This document shows positions 27,584 to 39,606 of a stretch of 64,000 nucleotides of DNA, piece by piece (within the stretch, counting starts at the first letter, position 1; each line of letters starts with the position of its first letter). This stretch comes from Ruditapes philippinarum (lineage: Eukaryota): NCBI RefSeq assembly GCF_026571515.1, contig NW_026854897.1:124001-188000 (forward strand), in the 5' to 3' direction. Both the position numbers and the translations under genes were made by a program. The notes under the pieces are model-generated. The model saw nothing but the letters and a program-made list of their open reading frames with translations. It searched no databases and was not told where the DNA came from.

Positions 27584-27876
27584 CCGCCTAGATAGCTCAA
27601 TATGATGGTATCAAAGTTAGATCGTCCAAAGGTCGCTGGTTTGATGCTCGACAAGGCGTGATTTCTCCTTTAAAGTTGATCTCGGACATTACGTGTAATG
27701 GCCATTTACTCTCACCACTGATCAAGAAAATAATGTGTGACAAGTAGTCGGTCATTTGCTAAGAAATTGGTAAATAATGGTTAGTCTAGGAAAGTTTGTT
27801 ATATAGGTGACCGACAGTCGAGTTATTACCAAAAGCATTTGTTGAAATCGGCGTAAAATCAACCAACCAACCAAAC
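27584..27876 (+). mobile_element. Degenerate tRNA-derived SINE
   Basis: A-box-like TAGCTCAAT, B-box-like GGTTTGATGC and tail GTTGAAATCGGCGTAAAATC(AACC)n. Confidence 0.55.
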
Positions 27877-28026
27877 ATATTATAATGCTACAGTCAATTG
27901 TAATGTTGGGACTGTCGGTCCCAGTCCAAGGCGACCTGTAGCTTTTACACGGTCCCGCACAGCCGGGTAAATGCAATGGTTTTGCCGCCAAAGAATAACA
28001 GTGGATATGTTTACATGTGGCAGTAT

Positions 28027-28341
28027 CAGTGTTTGGACATCCCACCCTATCTGCCCCTGGACCCCTGCTACAACCCTGAAAAAAAAAAACAATTCAACAC
28101 TCATAGGCTTACTATAAGATACCAAATACAAAACCACCGATAACATTATAAAAAAAAATAATTCCACAATCAAAATTATAGTTACAGTCTATAACTATAA
28201 TTTTAATAGTGGAATTTTTTTTATATAATTTTATCAGTGGTTTTGTATTTAGTTTCTTATAGTAAGCCTTAGAGTGTTGAATTTTTTTCAGGGTTGTAGC
28301 AGGGGTCCAGGGGCAGATATGGGTGGGTTGTCCAAACACTG
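28027..28341. mobile_element. Fold-back MITE with ~70-bp TIR
   Basis: CAGTGTTTGGACATCCCACCCTATCTGCCCCTGGACCCCTGCTACAACCCTG... and an inverted copy ending at 28341. Confidence 0.8.
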
Positions 28342-30020
28342 GATATGTCCAAGTTGTGGTTATTTTCGCGGGAATTAATCATACTGTTCCCGCAGAGCGG
28401 CACTTTTACCGGGGTTGCATGGTTATCCAAAAATCGCACTCTCCGCTTTTCGTGGAGGAACTAGGATTACAATCGGCTGGTGCATATACTGTACATAACA
28501 TATTAAATATGACAAAAGTGACAGATAATGTAAAGCAATGGTGTGAATTTGTCTAACACCATTGGCCATTTAGCCGGCAAATGCAACCAAAGCCCAAATC
28601 ACTCTGTGGAAGTTTGAACACTCTAGTTCAATTGTTTAAGGTATTGCGGTCCGAGGTTTTTTCCCCGACATACGTTAAAGTTTGCTAGTGGCCTCGAAGC
28701 CCACTTTTTGCATAGCAATTATTAATGTAAGTTTGAATATAGAAATCAACTCTAGTTTCAATTTTAAAAGTTTTAGATGTAGATCTAACATGATTGTATA
28801 CGTAGACTATCATGTAAAACGATCATAAAATAGCGCTCAGACGGTTTTATTTATAAAAGGAACTTGCGTTTTCCTTGCCATAGGGACGGCATATGCCGTC
28901 CCTTTTATTTTCGGCGTATTTGCCATATGGACGGCTTTTGCCGTTTCTATAATAATAATTATAATAATAATAATAATTATAATAATAATCATAATAAATA
29001 TATAGATAATTATACCATCGACACTAATTATTATTATACTAGCAGATTTGGAAACATATATAATGATTATATCACTAATAACAAATAATAATAACAAAAA
29101 ATAATAATTATATTAATTAATAATATAGTAATTTCTTAGAAAAGCTTCAGGCTAATAGATGATCAATAAATAAATAACCCTCTGGCAGCGAAAGGGTTAA
29201 AGGTGACCGGCCAGAATCTGTATGGCAATAAGTTATTTACGTGACTAATAATGTCCAATGAAAAACGATTTAATTTTAGAAATCTTATGTTTATGACGTC
29301 ACATAGAAACGAGGAGCAAAGTTTCGTTGGCGCCAACGACATTCAGCAGATATGTATACATCATGGAAGGTAATTTAAATTATATTTTGTTTAAGTATCT
29401 ATAGATTTTCTAGAAATGTGCATAATATTTTACACTGGCAAAAAGATGTATTCATTTAGGCAAATGACGCTTAACTAGTCGTAGAACTAGTGCATTTATT
29501 CACTTGCTCTTTTTCCATGGTAAGCCTACTCCCTAGATGTATGTATCTTTAATATTTAACTTATTAAATTTTATCTGACTAATCAGCGAAAACTCCATTA
29601 ATTGTTAATTGGTCGTTTTGACAGAATTTCTACTTCTACTTCTTCTACATCATACTGCTTTAAGATCGATTACGAGCACTCTAAGCAGGTATACATTGTA
29701 TACATTTAAGAGACAGCTATAAGATACAAGGGAATCCGGGAACCAGTCCCTAGCTCTTATTGAATAGACCCCTTGGTTCTTTTGCATGCCCAGTGTATAG
29801 CACTTTTTTGTTTGTTTTTGTTGTTGTTCTTTTTTTTTTGGGGGGGGGTATAGCATACATTTCAATTGCTTTAAGTTTACTTTGGGTGAATAAAGTACGT
29901 ACAAAGTACTTTCCTTTATAAAGACAGAGAGTTATGGTACTTCTTCCCATTGTCTAAATATTGACGGTCTGGATGTGCAAAGCCTTTAATGATCCGATCT
30001 TTGCATTGAATAATTACGAC

Positions 30021-30165
30021 ATGGGTTCAAACCCCGTTAGGGGCAAGTCGTTGTTTCCTTGAGCAAGAAACTTTACACTCATTGCTCAGTACTGGTTCCA
30101 GGAACGGATTGTAAAGTGTGTCTATAAGCTTATAGCTTCCTACACAATCGAACTAAAATAAATTC
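30021..30165 (+). mobile_element. CORE-type SINE fragment (also ~37307-37450 and ~44615-44757)
   Basis: B-box GGTTCAAACC followed by CORE-like GTTTCCTTGAGCAAGAAACTTTAC. Confidence 0.6.
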
Positions 30166-30833
30166 GGCATATAAACAAATAATTACGATACCTTACAGTG
30201 GTTATGAACTCGGCTTATATGATTAAGATGTTTTTGTTTGGGTAAACGCTTTGCTACAAATAGCACTTCTTCATTTTTCACTTGGAATATGAGTTTTTTT
30301 TTAATTATTTGCCATAGAAGAAAAACTGAGGTTGATAATAGTCGATGAATTTTTGTTTATTATGATAAAAAGGAGTTGAATCTACATGTATATGGGAAGA
30401 CATCTGACATAATACAATATTAAAATTTATTAAACAATTTTAAAGCTGCTTGCCTCTCCAGATGAGCCACACTATTTCAAGAAAATCAAACTTGAGAACA
30501 AGGTTGTGCGATTAATGACTGATGTAGCAGTATTTTTCACCATATTTCTACTGCGTGACTAACGCAGGATGGGCTATTTTTGCACCTTTTGGTCTCTTTT
30601 TGGTATTTTTCGTGGATTTTAATTAAGTACCCTTTGCAATGTGTAAATTACTTTCTTAGTTCACTTTACAATGTTTTAATTTTAAAATACATTCTTGAAA
30701 AAATTTATGAAAATTAGCATAAATATTCATGTAAATTAGCAAGAATATGGCGGAGGCATGCTGCGTTACGTGTTGTTCTCTTGACAAATAATATTTTTTT
30801 ATCATTCAACAGAGTAAACTACTTCTTTTTGAA

Positions 30834-32322
30834 ATGCCAGAAAACCAAACAACTCTTACTAGAAATAGCAATGGAGGTACAGGAGAGGATTTCACTGTTG
30901 TCGAATCAGGGTCAAGTAAAAAGGTATCCCAGTTTGTACCGTATTGCTTTTCCTACCCTATACTTTCATTCTTAACTTTATAACTGTACAGTACTATAAT
31001 AAATCAATCACTTGTTTACTTTTCTTTATGTAATAATACTACTTTTCTCTTTCAAAAAGATGCACATAGCCAAATTAAGATATCATATATACTTAATGAT
31101 ATGATATTAAGTTTTATTGCTTACTTTTTGAAAACACTTGTTTTCAAACTTTGATTATTTTTTGTAACACAATTAATTAATAGTTAAATATGGCATTCCA
31201 AACTTTCAGACAGATAGAAGGAAAACAGACCGTAGCGATAAAGAAAGAAAAGTAAGTGAGGATATTTTGTTGACAGCCGAGGATCTTCTGCACGAGATTG
31301 ATGACGCTATCAAACCTCAGATTAGTAAAGTGGAGTTCAGACCTAGTACTGTTCAGTTTGGAATTGATAATGCAATGCGCCGACATGACAGAGTTCAAAT
31401 TACTAATGAGCCAGGAACAAGTAAGAATTTAGGGAACAAAACACGCAAGGATACGTGTGTTAAAGCATTTGATAAATATGGGCTTATTAACATAGACGCA
31501 GTAGCAAAATGGGTTACCAGTTCAAATGTTGACATTGATTTGACCACAGATACACAAAAAACCGATCATCCAGTTACGAAACAACAGAAAGAGAATGATA
31601 GCGTTTTTAAAAAGTCTGACGTAGCTGTAAATGAAATAGATCAAATAATTGACGGTATTTCATCTAAAGATCTTTTGAAAGAAAACAGAAATTCAACATC
31701 AAAAATAGAAAATAATCCATCAGTTTTAAAACATGATCTCAGTTCATCTCATACCACCAGCATTCCGCATATGCCTGCAGAGTCATTTCCAAAAGATTTT
31801 AAACCATTGCAGTCAATTCGGTTACCTCCTATTAATATCGAAGAAGTGAAAGAAAAAATCCCAAACAATACTGCCACAAATACCATAAGCAGTTCATTCA
31901 TATACACTAAACCAAATAATAATTTGATCTTAAAAGTCAGTGAAGTTCTAGGGTCTAAGAGAAATGCAAATGTATCTGAATGTCGAAAAGACATTCCATC
32001 TAACGGACATGCAGCGGAACATCCGCCGGAACCAGAATATATACTTCCGGGTCAAGTGTCAGAAAATAGCTTTGGAAAGATCACAAGGGCAGTAAACGTT
32101 CGGAACATAGAACTCGACTACAGTGCAGCATTTGAACAACAAAAAGATATTAAAGAGAATGACTGTGGATTTGTCAGATTTTTCAAGCGCTTTTGCTGTT
32201 GTAGTGTGAAGACAGACGACAATCAGGATCACGTAGAAGACCGCATGGACGCTGTTGCGGAGATAAGACGGAGTATTCCAAGAAAAATATGGTCTAGAGT
32301 TAAAACATATTTTAGGTTTTAA
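30834..32322 (+). CDS. Uncharacterised protein, about 400 aa (intact copy), two coding exons
   Basis: Exon 30834-30923 (MPENQTTLTRNSNGGTGEDFTVVESGSSKK, donor AAG|GTATCC) joins in phase 0 to TTTCAG|31210-32322, which contains the 351-aa ORF. No domain recognised; the C-terminus has CGFVRFFKRFCCC. Confidence 0.65.
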
Positions 32323-35300
32323 ATTATTTATTGATTTAACTTGCATCAGAAAAAAGTTTGTATTTTGCAAGCAATTAAGTATAGATCAAATTGAATGAAT
32401 CTGGTATAGTATATATACAACTTTCATAAGGAAGACAATTCAAAACATACACATGGGCTGTCTAAAATAAGAATGTCCTGCCAGATTGTATAACGAGTAA
32501 GAACCCTATTTATCTTTACATGATGGCCAGAAACATTGAACATATCTGAATTTACCAGCATTGAAACATCACTTGAATGAGTATGTCACTCATATTTCAA
32601 ATATAATATTTTATTCACCAGGACAAAAGTTCAATATATAATATGTATTTTACAGTGTCAGTTCTGAAGAAGTTAATCAGTATTGTTTTAGAATTGATTT
32701 CAATAGATCTTCCATTCTTTACATGTAGAGTGAATAAGCCTAGTATGGACGGAGATGTAAAAACTCAAATTATTTTGGAATAGACTGCTATTGCAGTTTA
32801 TTTTCATTATGTACATGTACTCGTATTTTTATTGTAAATAAAATATAAAAAAAAAGATTAAGATCTTATATTGTAACTTAATTAAAAGTATCGTAACATT
32901 TTACTTTAAAAAATAGTTGCAAAATACAAGCTGGATTTTGTAATTGTGTCATTAAAATGCAATACATAACATGTATATGTATATTTGGTTGTTTTGTTTC
33001 CAAGTCATATACCTATAAAGTATAGGCTAAGTGTGTATTAATTTCTCAAGTACCACATAAAAAACTCGGATTGGAAATATATTGTTGGACACAAAGCCTC
33101 AAAGTTTTGGAGTGATAGAAAGTCTTATTGATTTATAATCCATATTGCCTTTCAAATGAATAGCTAAAATAAACTACAAAAAACAATGGGAAAATATTAT
33201 GGACAGCAAAATTGCAGTTTGCCTTAGTTACAACATTTGACATAATTTTATAAGCTTGTGAGCAACTACACACAAAACAAACAAAAAATATTCTTAAATT
33301 ACAATTTTCCTTTTCTCTTTTATTGTTTATGATTAGACGAGATCAGTCGACTGCTATATACTTAGACCTATGTATTATGGTGTTTTCTGAGTACAAGTAA
33401 TAGCTGCCAGCTCATTGACAAACATCGCTTACTTTCAAGTGAGAAAACAGTTAAACGACGATAAAGGCATGTCTGCTAAAAAAAATACATGTATTTTGTT
33501 TTTGGCGCTGAAAGGATGTTTTGTTACCTATTCTCCCCATCAGTGCTGGGCGAAAACGACTGTCGGTGGTATTTGAGGACGAGTCCAGCTCTGGACATGT
33601 AGCTATTTCGCATCTTAATATCTTGAGACCATGCTGAGAGAATGTTAGTTATTATGCATGTAGTCAGAATTGTTTTTGCTGATAAAAGGCATTGTGTTTC
33701 TTTTTGAAAACATGAATTCACTTACATGAATATATATTTCCCATGTGTATTAGATAGGCCTTATTAATAGATGATCTCGAATTTGGAACCATTCTGCAAA
33801 GACTGAAATATAAAATATGGAAAATAAAATTAGATCTGGAATAAGATTGTACCTTTTATTTTGTTATAAAACGATCGATATCTATTTCAAATTCAAATAA
33901 GATTCACAGTTGATTTAACTAAATGTCTATGTCACCAGATCAGGGTTAGTTTTAAAAGTTAGCTAGGGAGGCAGCGCTTAAGCTGTTTCATGAAGAGTTG
34001 TTTTGGAAATCACGAAATCCGTTGCATTGCTAGACAAATCCACTTCTAGATCTATATATGTTAAATAAGACCTCTGTATTGTCAAGTAATCTGCATTCCT
34101 TACTTCTAAAATAAATAAGAAATTAACCCAATACGGTAAAACTGAAAATGTTTCAGGCTTGGTTTGATCTATCTTGTTCATGGGGTGCAAGCTATCGCCC
34201 ACACCCCCTAGCACCGGCTGAAGCTGAACAGCATAATAATAAAATGGCGTTATTTTCAGAAACATCCGCAGCGGCGGTTAAAATAGAACATTCTATATTA
34301 TTACACGTACGTGCCATTTCATAAAAAAAAAACAGTGTCTCAAATGAAAATAAATACTTGTGCCCTAGACGAAAAAACAATTAGAGGAAACTAAAATGGA
34401 ATTTAAAATAGAAATTGAGAAAAAACAGAATCCCTAACGAAACCCCATCACGACAAAATTGAAAATGTTGCAGGTTCGGTATTGAGAGCCTGTTCATGGA
34501 CGGTATCGGTGATTGCAAGCTACCTACCATGCCCCCCTAGCACCGGCTTAAAAGTCCATATCGATCTAGACAAGCCGTTGTAAGACAGAATTAATAGTAA
34601 AGCAAGGTGTCCTAATGGTGATTAGATCTATAGATACAGTGCTGTACCGTATTAAAGTAGAAATACTGGAACCATCAAATAGAATTAAGGTAAAATATCA
34701 CCAATACATTAACAATGTCATGCTGAACGACCATTTAGAATCGAAAATAAAACATCTCTGATTGTCATTTAAAAAGGCCTCCACAGTGACACATCACAAA
34801 AAAGCTGATGCACAATAGAATAAGGCGAAACAGAATCCTAAAGCCTAAACGACAAAATATTTACCACTCTATCCAATATCTGAGCTCTTTTTTTTTAATT
34901 TTCTAGTAGATATAGATCTAGATCTAGAGCTGGCAACAATCTAATGGAAAATTAAAAATTACTTACTAAAAAGACCATTAAGATCTACACAAATCTACAG
35001 ACAAATCTAGCTGTTGTAAAAAAAATGTAACATGGGCTTTTCACACGGCGCCAATTTGTAATTAGATCTACAAATATACTGCACCAGCACACATTTTTAC
35101 TTATGACGTAATAAATGACGTGATAATTTTATGATGCCAATGTTTTTTGAACTTTTATCAGACTTCTTTGAATATGGCTCAAAAATGAAATACATTCGTT
35201 TACAAATAGTCCATATTCGTTCTGACAGACAGTTTAAATTCCCTACTGCAAAAAAAAGCATTTTATATAAAATGCCATGCCACAAAGCATGCACATTTTT

Positions 35301-35785
35301 TTTCTTGAATGCCATGCTTAATAAATAATCTGTAATGATATATAGAATGTTAGGAGAGACATTAGAACATTATATGTGTTAAATTGCGAAAGTTTCCTCG
35401 TCCAACATTTTTCAAATCTGAAAATAAAAGATAGATCTACTTTTCCCTCTTAATTTATTGTAATTTTAGTTACGTCAAAGTAATGTTTTAACGATATGCA
35501 TCAACACGCAGACATTCTTTATTCACTGGATCAGCTATGTAGCCTACTCTTATGAGCTTAGGTTTTTTCCCCGGCATACGTTATAGTTTGCTAGGGGCCG
35601 CGAAGCCTACTTTTTGCATAGCAATTAATAATGTAAGTTTGAATATAGAAATCAACTCTAGTTTCAATTTTAAAAGTTTTAGATGTAGATCTAACATGAT
35701 TGTATACGTAGACTATCATGTAAAACGATCATAGAATAGCGCTCATACGGTTTTATTTATAAAAGGAACTTGCGTTTTCCATTAA

Positions 35786-35866
35786 CCCTTTCACTGCCAT
35801 AGGGACGGCATATGCCGTCCCTTTTATTTTCGGCGTATTTGCCATATGGACGGCTTTTGGCGTTTC

Positions 35867-35901
<35 letters not shown>

Positions 35902-36115
35902 TAATAATAATGATCATAATAAATATATAGATAATTATACCATCGACACTAATTATTATTATACTAGCAGATTTGGAAACATATATAATTATTATATTAC
36001 TAATAACAAATAATAATAAAAAAAAATTATATTAATTAATAATATAGTAATTTCTTAGAAAACCTTCAGGCAAATAGATGATCAATAAATAAGTAACCCT
36101 CTGGCAGCGAAAGGG
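35786..36115. mobile_element. piggyBac-type MITE with internal (TAA)n; also at 43077-43417, with a left-truncated copy ending at 29196
   Basis: TTAA TSDs; TIR CCCTTTCACTGCCA / TGGCAGCGAAAGGG. Confidence 0.75.
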
Positions 36116-36649
36116 TTAAAGGTGACCGGCCAGAATCTGCATGGCAATAAGTTATTTTCGTGACTAATAATGTCCAATGAAAAACGATTTAATTTTAGAA
36201 ATCTTATGTTTATGACGTCACATAGAAACGAGGAGCAAAGTTTCGTTGGCGCCAACGACACGCAGCAGATATGTATACATCATGGAAGGTAATTTAAATT
36301 ATATTTTGTTTAAGTATCTATTGATTTTCTAGAAAAGTGCATAATATTTTACACTGGCAAAAAGATGTATTCATTTAGGCAAATAAACAAAGATTCGACG
36401 CTTAACTAGTCGTAGAACTAGTGCATTTATTCACTTGCTCTTTTTCCATGATAAGCCTACTCCCTAGATGTATGTATCTTTAATATTTAACTTATTAAAA
36501 TTTATCTGACTAATCAGGGAAAACTCCATTAATTGTTAATTGGTCGTTATGACAGAATTTCTACTTCTACTTCTTCCACATCATACGGCTTTAAGATCGA
36601 TTACGAGCACTCTAAGCAGGTATACATTGTTTACATTTAAGAGACAGCT

Positions 36650-36896
36650 ATAAGATACAAGGGAATCCGGGAACCAGTCCCTAGCTCTTATTGAATAGAC
36701 CCCTTGGTTCTTTTACATGCCCAGTGTATAGCACTGATACATGAGAGGATTACCTGGATTTCTTACCAGTACACCTCTAGGTAGGTGGGAAACACTGAAA
36801 GTGTCTCTGAAAAATCCCAAGGATGAAACCCAGGATCGAACCCGGGACCTCAGGTCCCGTGATAATCAATGGTTTAACCAACTGAGCTATCGCGCC
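36650..36896 (-). mobile_element. tRNA-derived SINE, possibly V-type (also ~43950-44198; head deleted in unit 1)
   Basis: On the minus strand: GGCGCGATAGCTCAGTTGG (A box), GGTTCGATCC (B box) and body GGGCATGTAAAAGAACC. Confidence 0.7.
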
Positions 36897-38114
36897 ACCA
36901 CTGACAAAAAGATGTATTCATTCATTGATTTTGGAAAGAGAGAATAAATTCAATATCACTATCATAATAGTTTTGATCTGACAAAACTGCCCTTATATAA
37001 ATAGCCAATACTTGTTTTGTTGTGTTTTTTGTTGTTGTTTTTTTTGTTGATATAAAAGTGTGTTTTTTATGGTGTTTTTTTTGTGTTTGTTTTTGTTTTG
37101 TTTTTGTTGTTGTTCTTTTTTTTTGGGGGGGGGATATAGCATACATTTCAATTGCTTTAAGTTTACTTTGGGTGAATAAAGTACGTACAAAGTACTTTCC
37201 TTTATAAAGACAGAGAGTTATTGTACTTCTTCCCATTGTCTAAATATTGACGGTCTGGATGTGCACAGCCTTAAATGATCCGATCTTTGCATCGAATAAT
37301 TACGACATGGGTTCAAACCCCGTTAGGGGCAAGTCGTTGTTTCCTTGAGCAAGAAACTTTACACTCATTGCTCAGTACTGGTTCCAGGAACGGATTGGAA
37401 AGTGTGTCTATAAGCTTATAGCTTCCTACACAATCGAACTAAAATAAATTCGGCATATAAACCAATAATTACGACACCTTACAGTGGTTATGAACTCGGC
37501 TTATATGATTAAGATTTTTTTTTTTAAACGCTTTGCTACAAATAGCACTTTTTCATTTTTCACTTGGAATATGAGTTTTTTTTAATTATTTGCTATAGAA
37601 GAAAAACAGAGGTTGATAAAAGTCGATGAATTTTGTTTATTATGATAAAAAGGAGTTGAATCTACATGTATATGGGAAGACATCTGACATAATACAATAT
37701 TAAAATTTATTAAACAATTTTAAAGCTGCTTGCCTCTCCAGATGAGCCACACTATTTCAAGAAAATCAAACTTGAGAACAAGGTTGTGCGATTAATGACT
37801 GATGTAGCAGTATTTTTTCACCATATTTCTACTGCGTGACTAACGCAGGATGGGCTATTTTTGCACCTTTTGGTCTCTTTTTGGTATTTTTCGTGGATTT
37901 TAATTAAGTACCCTTTGCAATGTGTAAATTACTTTCTTAGTTCACTTTACAATGTTTTAATTTTAAAATACATTCTTGAAAAAATTTATGAAAATTAGCA
38001 TAAATATTCATGTAAATTAGCAAGAATATGGCGGAGGCATGCTGCGTTACGTGTTGTTCTCTTGACAAATAATATTTTTTTATCATTCAACAGAGTAAAC
38101 TACTTCTTTTTGAA

Positions 38115-39606
38115 ATGCCAGAAAACCAAACAACTCTTACTAGAAATAGCAATGGAGGTACAGGAGAGGATTTCACTGTTGTCGAATCAGGGTCAAGTAA
38201 AAAGGTATCCCAGTTTGTACCGTATTGCTTTTCCTACCCTATACTTTCATTCTTAACTTTATAACTGTACAGTACTATAATAAATCAATCACTTGTTTAC
38301 TTTTCTTTATGTAATAATACTACTTTTCTCTTTCAAAAAGATGCACATAGCCAAATTAAGATATCATATATACTTAATGATATGATATTAAGTTTTATTG
38401 CTTACTTTTTGAAAACATTTGTTTTCAAACTTTGATTATTCTTTGTAACACAATTAATTAATAGTTAAATATGGCATTCCAAACTTTCAGACAGATAGAA
38501 GGAAAACAGACCGTAGCGATAAAGAAAGAAAAGTAAGTGAGGATATTTTGTTGACTGCCGAGGATCTTCTGTACGAGATTGATGACGCTATCAAACCTCA
38601 GATTAGTAAAGTGGAGTTCAGACCTAGTACTGTTCACCTTGGAATTGATAATGAAATGCGCCGACATGACAGAGTTAAAATTACTAATGAGCCAGGAACA
38701 AGTAAGTATTTAGGGAACAAAACACGCAAGGATACGTGTGTTAAGGCATTTGATAAATATGGGCATATTAACATAGACGCAGTAGCAAAATGGGTTACCA
38801 GTTCAAATGTTGACATTGATTTGACCACAGATACACAAAAAAAAACGATCATCCAGTTACGAAACAACAGAAAGAGAATGATAGCGTTTTTAAAAAGTCT
38901 GACGTAGCTGTAAATGAAATAGATCAAATAATTGACGGTATTTCATCTAAAGATCTTTTGAAAGAAAACAGAAATTCAACATCAAAAATAGAAAATAATC
39001 CATCAGTTTTAAAACATGATCTCAGTTCATCTCATACCACCAGCATTCCGCATATGCCTGCAGAGTCATTTCCAAAAGATTTTAAACCATTGCAGTCAAT
39101 TCGGTTACCTCCTATTAATATCGAAGAAGTGAAAGAAAAAATCCCAAACAATACTGCCACAAATACCATAAGCAGTTCATTCATATACACTAAACCAAAT
39201 AATAATTTGATCTTAAAAGTCAGTGAAGTTCTAGGGTCTAAGAGAAATGCAAATGTATCTGAATGTCGAAAAGACATTCCATCTAACGGACATGCAGCGG
39301 AACATCCGCCGGAACCAGAATATATACTTCCGGGTCAAGTGTCAGAAAATAGCTTTGGAAAGATCACAAGGGCAGTAAACGTTCGGAACATAGAACTCGA
39401 CTACAGTGCAGCATTTGAACAACAAAAAGATATTAAAGAGAATGACTGTGGATTTGTCAGATTTTTCAAGCGCTTTTGCTGTTGTAGTGTGAAGACAGAC
39501 GACAATCAGGATCACGTAGAAGACCGCATGGACGCTGTTGCGGAGATAAGACGGAGTATTCCAAGAAAAATATGGTCTAGAGTTAAAAACATATTTTAGG
39601 CTTTAA
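38115..39606 (+). pseudogene. Copy 2 of the orphan gene, frameshifted and truncated to about 168 aa
   Basis: Exons 38115-38204 and 38491 onward. A +2 shift in the A9 run at 38837-38845 gives a stop at 38905-38907; a second +1 lies near the 3' end. Confidence 0.6.

Larger units (their letters stand above)
28654..35559 (+). repeat. Tandem segmental repeat, unit 1 (~6.9 kb)
   Basis: Begins AGGTTTTTTCCCC and is colinear with 35560-42850. Lacks ~340 bp that includes the SINE head. Confidence 0.92.

Noticed and set aside
28837-29097. Poly-Ile and poly-Asn ORFs
   Set aside because: They arise from the (TAA)n microsatellite inside the piggyBac-type MITE.
30871-30923. Alternative first exon MEVQERISLLSNQGQVK for the orphan gene
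   Set aside because: It needs a weaker downstream acceptor (31217). The upstream ATG at 30834 joins the strong TTTCAG acceptor in frame.
30924-31209. U12-type intron in the orphan gene (GTATCC donor)
   Set aside because: The donor continues CAG rather than TT, and no TCCTTAAC branch site is visible.
31600-31616. Programmed -1 frameshift at TTTTTAAAAAG
   Set aside because: The in-frame codons GTT TTT AAA AAG do not form a canonical X XXY YYZ heptamer, and no downstream stimulatory structure is evident.
28654-35559. The 7-kb unit as a Helitron, LTR element or endogenous virus
   Set aside because: There are no TC...CTRR ends, LTRs or TIRs, and no recognisable transposase, RT or viral protein.
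36825-36896. tRNA gene
   Set aside because: The A and B boxes run into a SINE body and there is no complete acceptor stem, so it is a SINE head.
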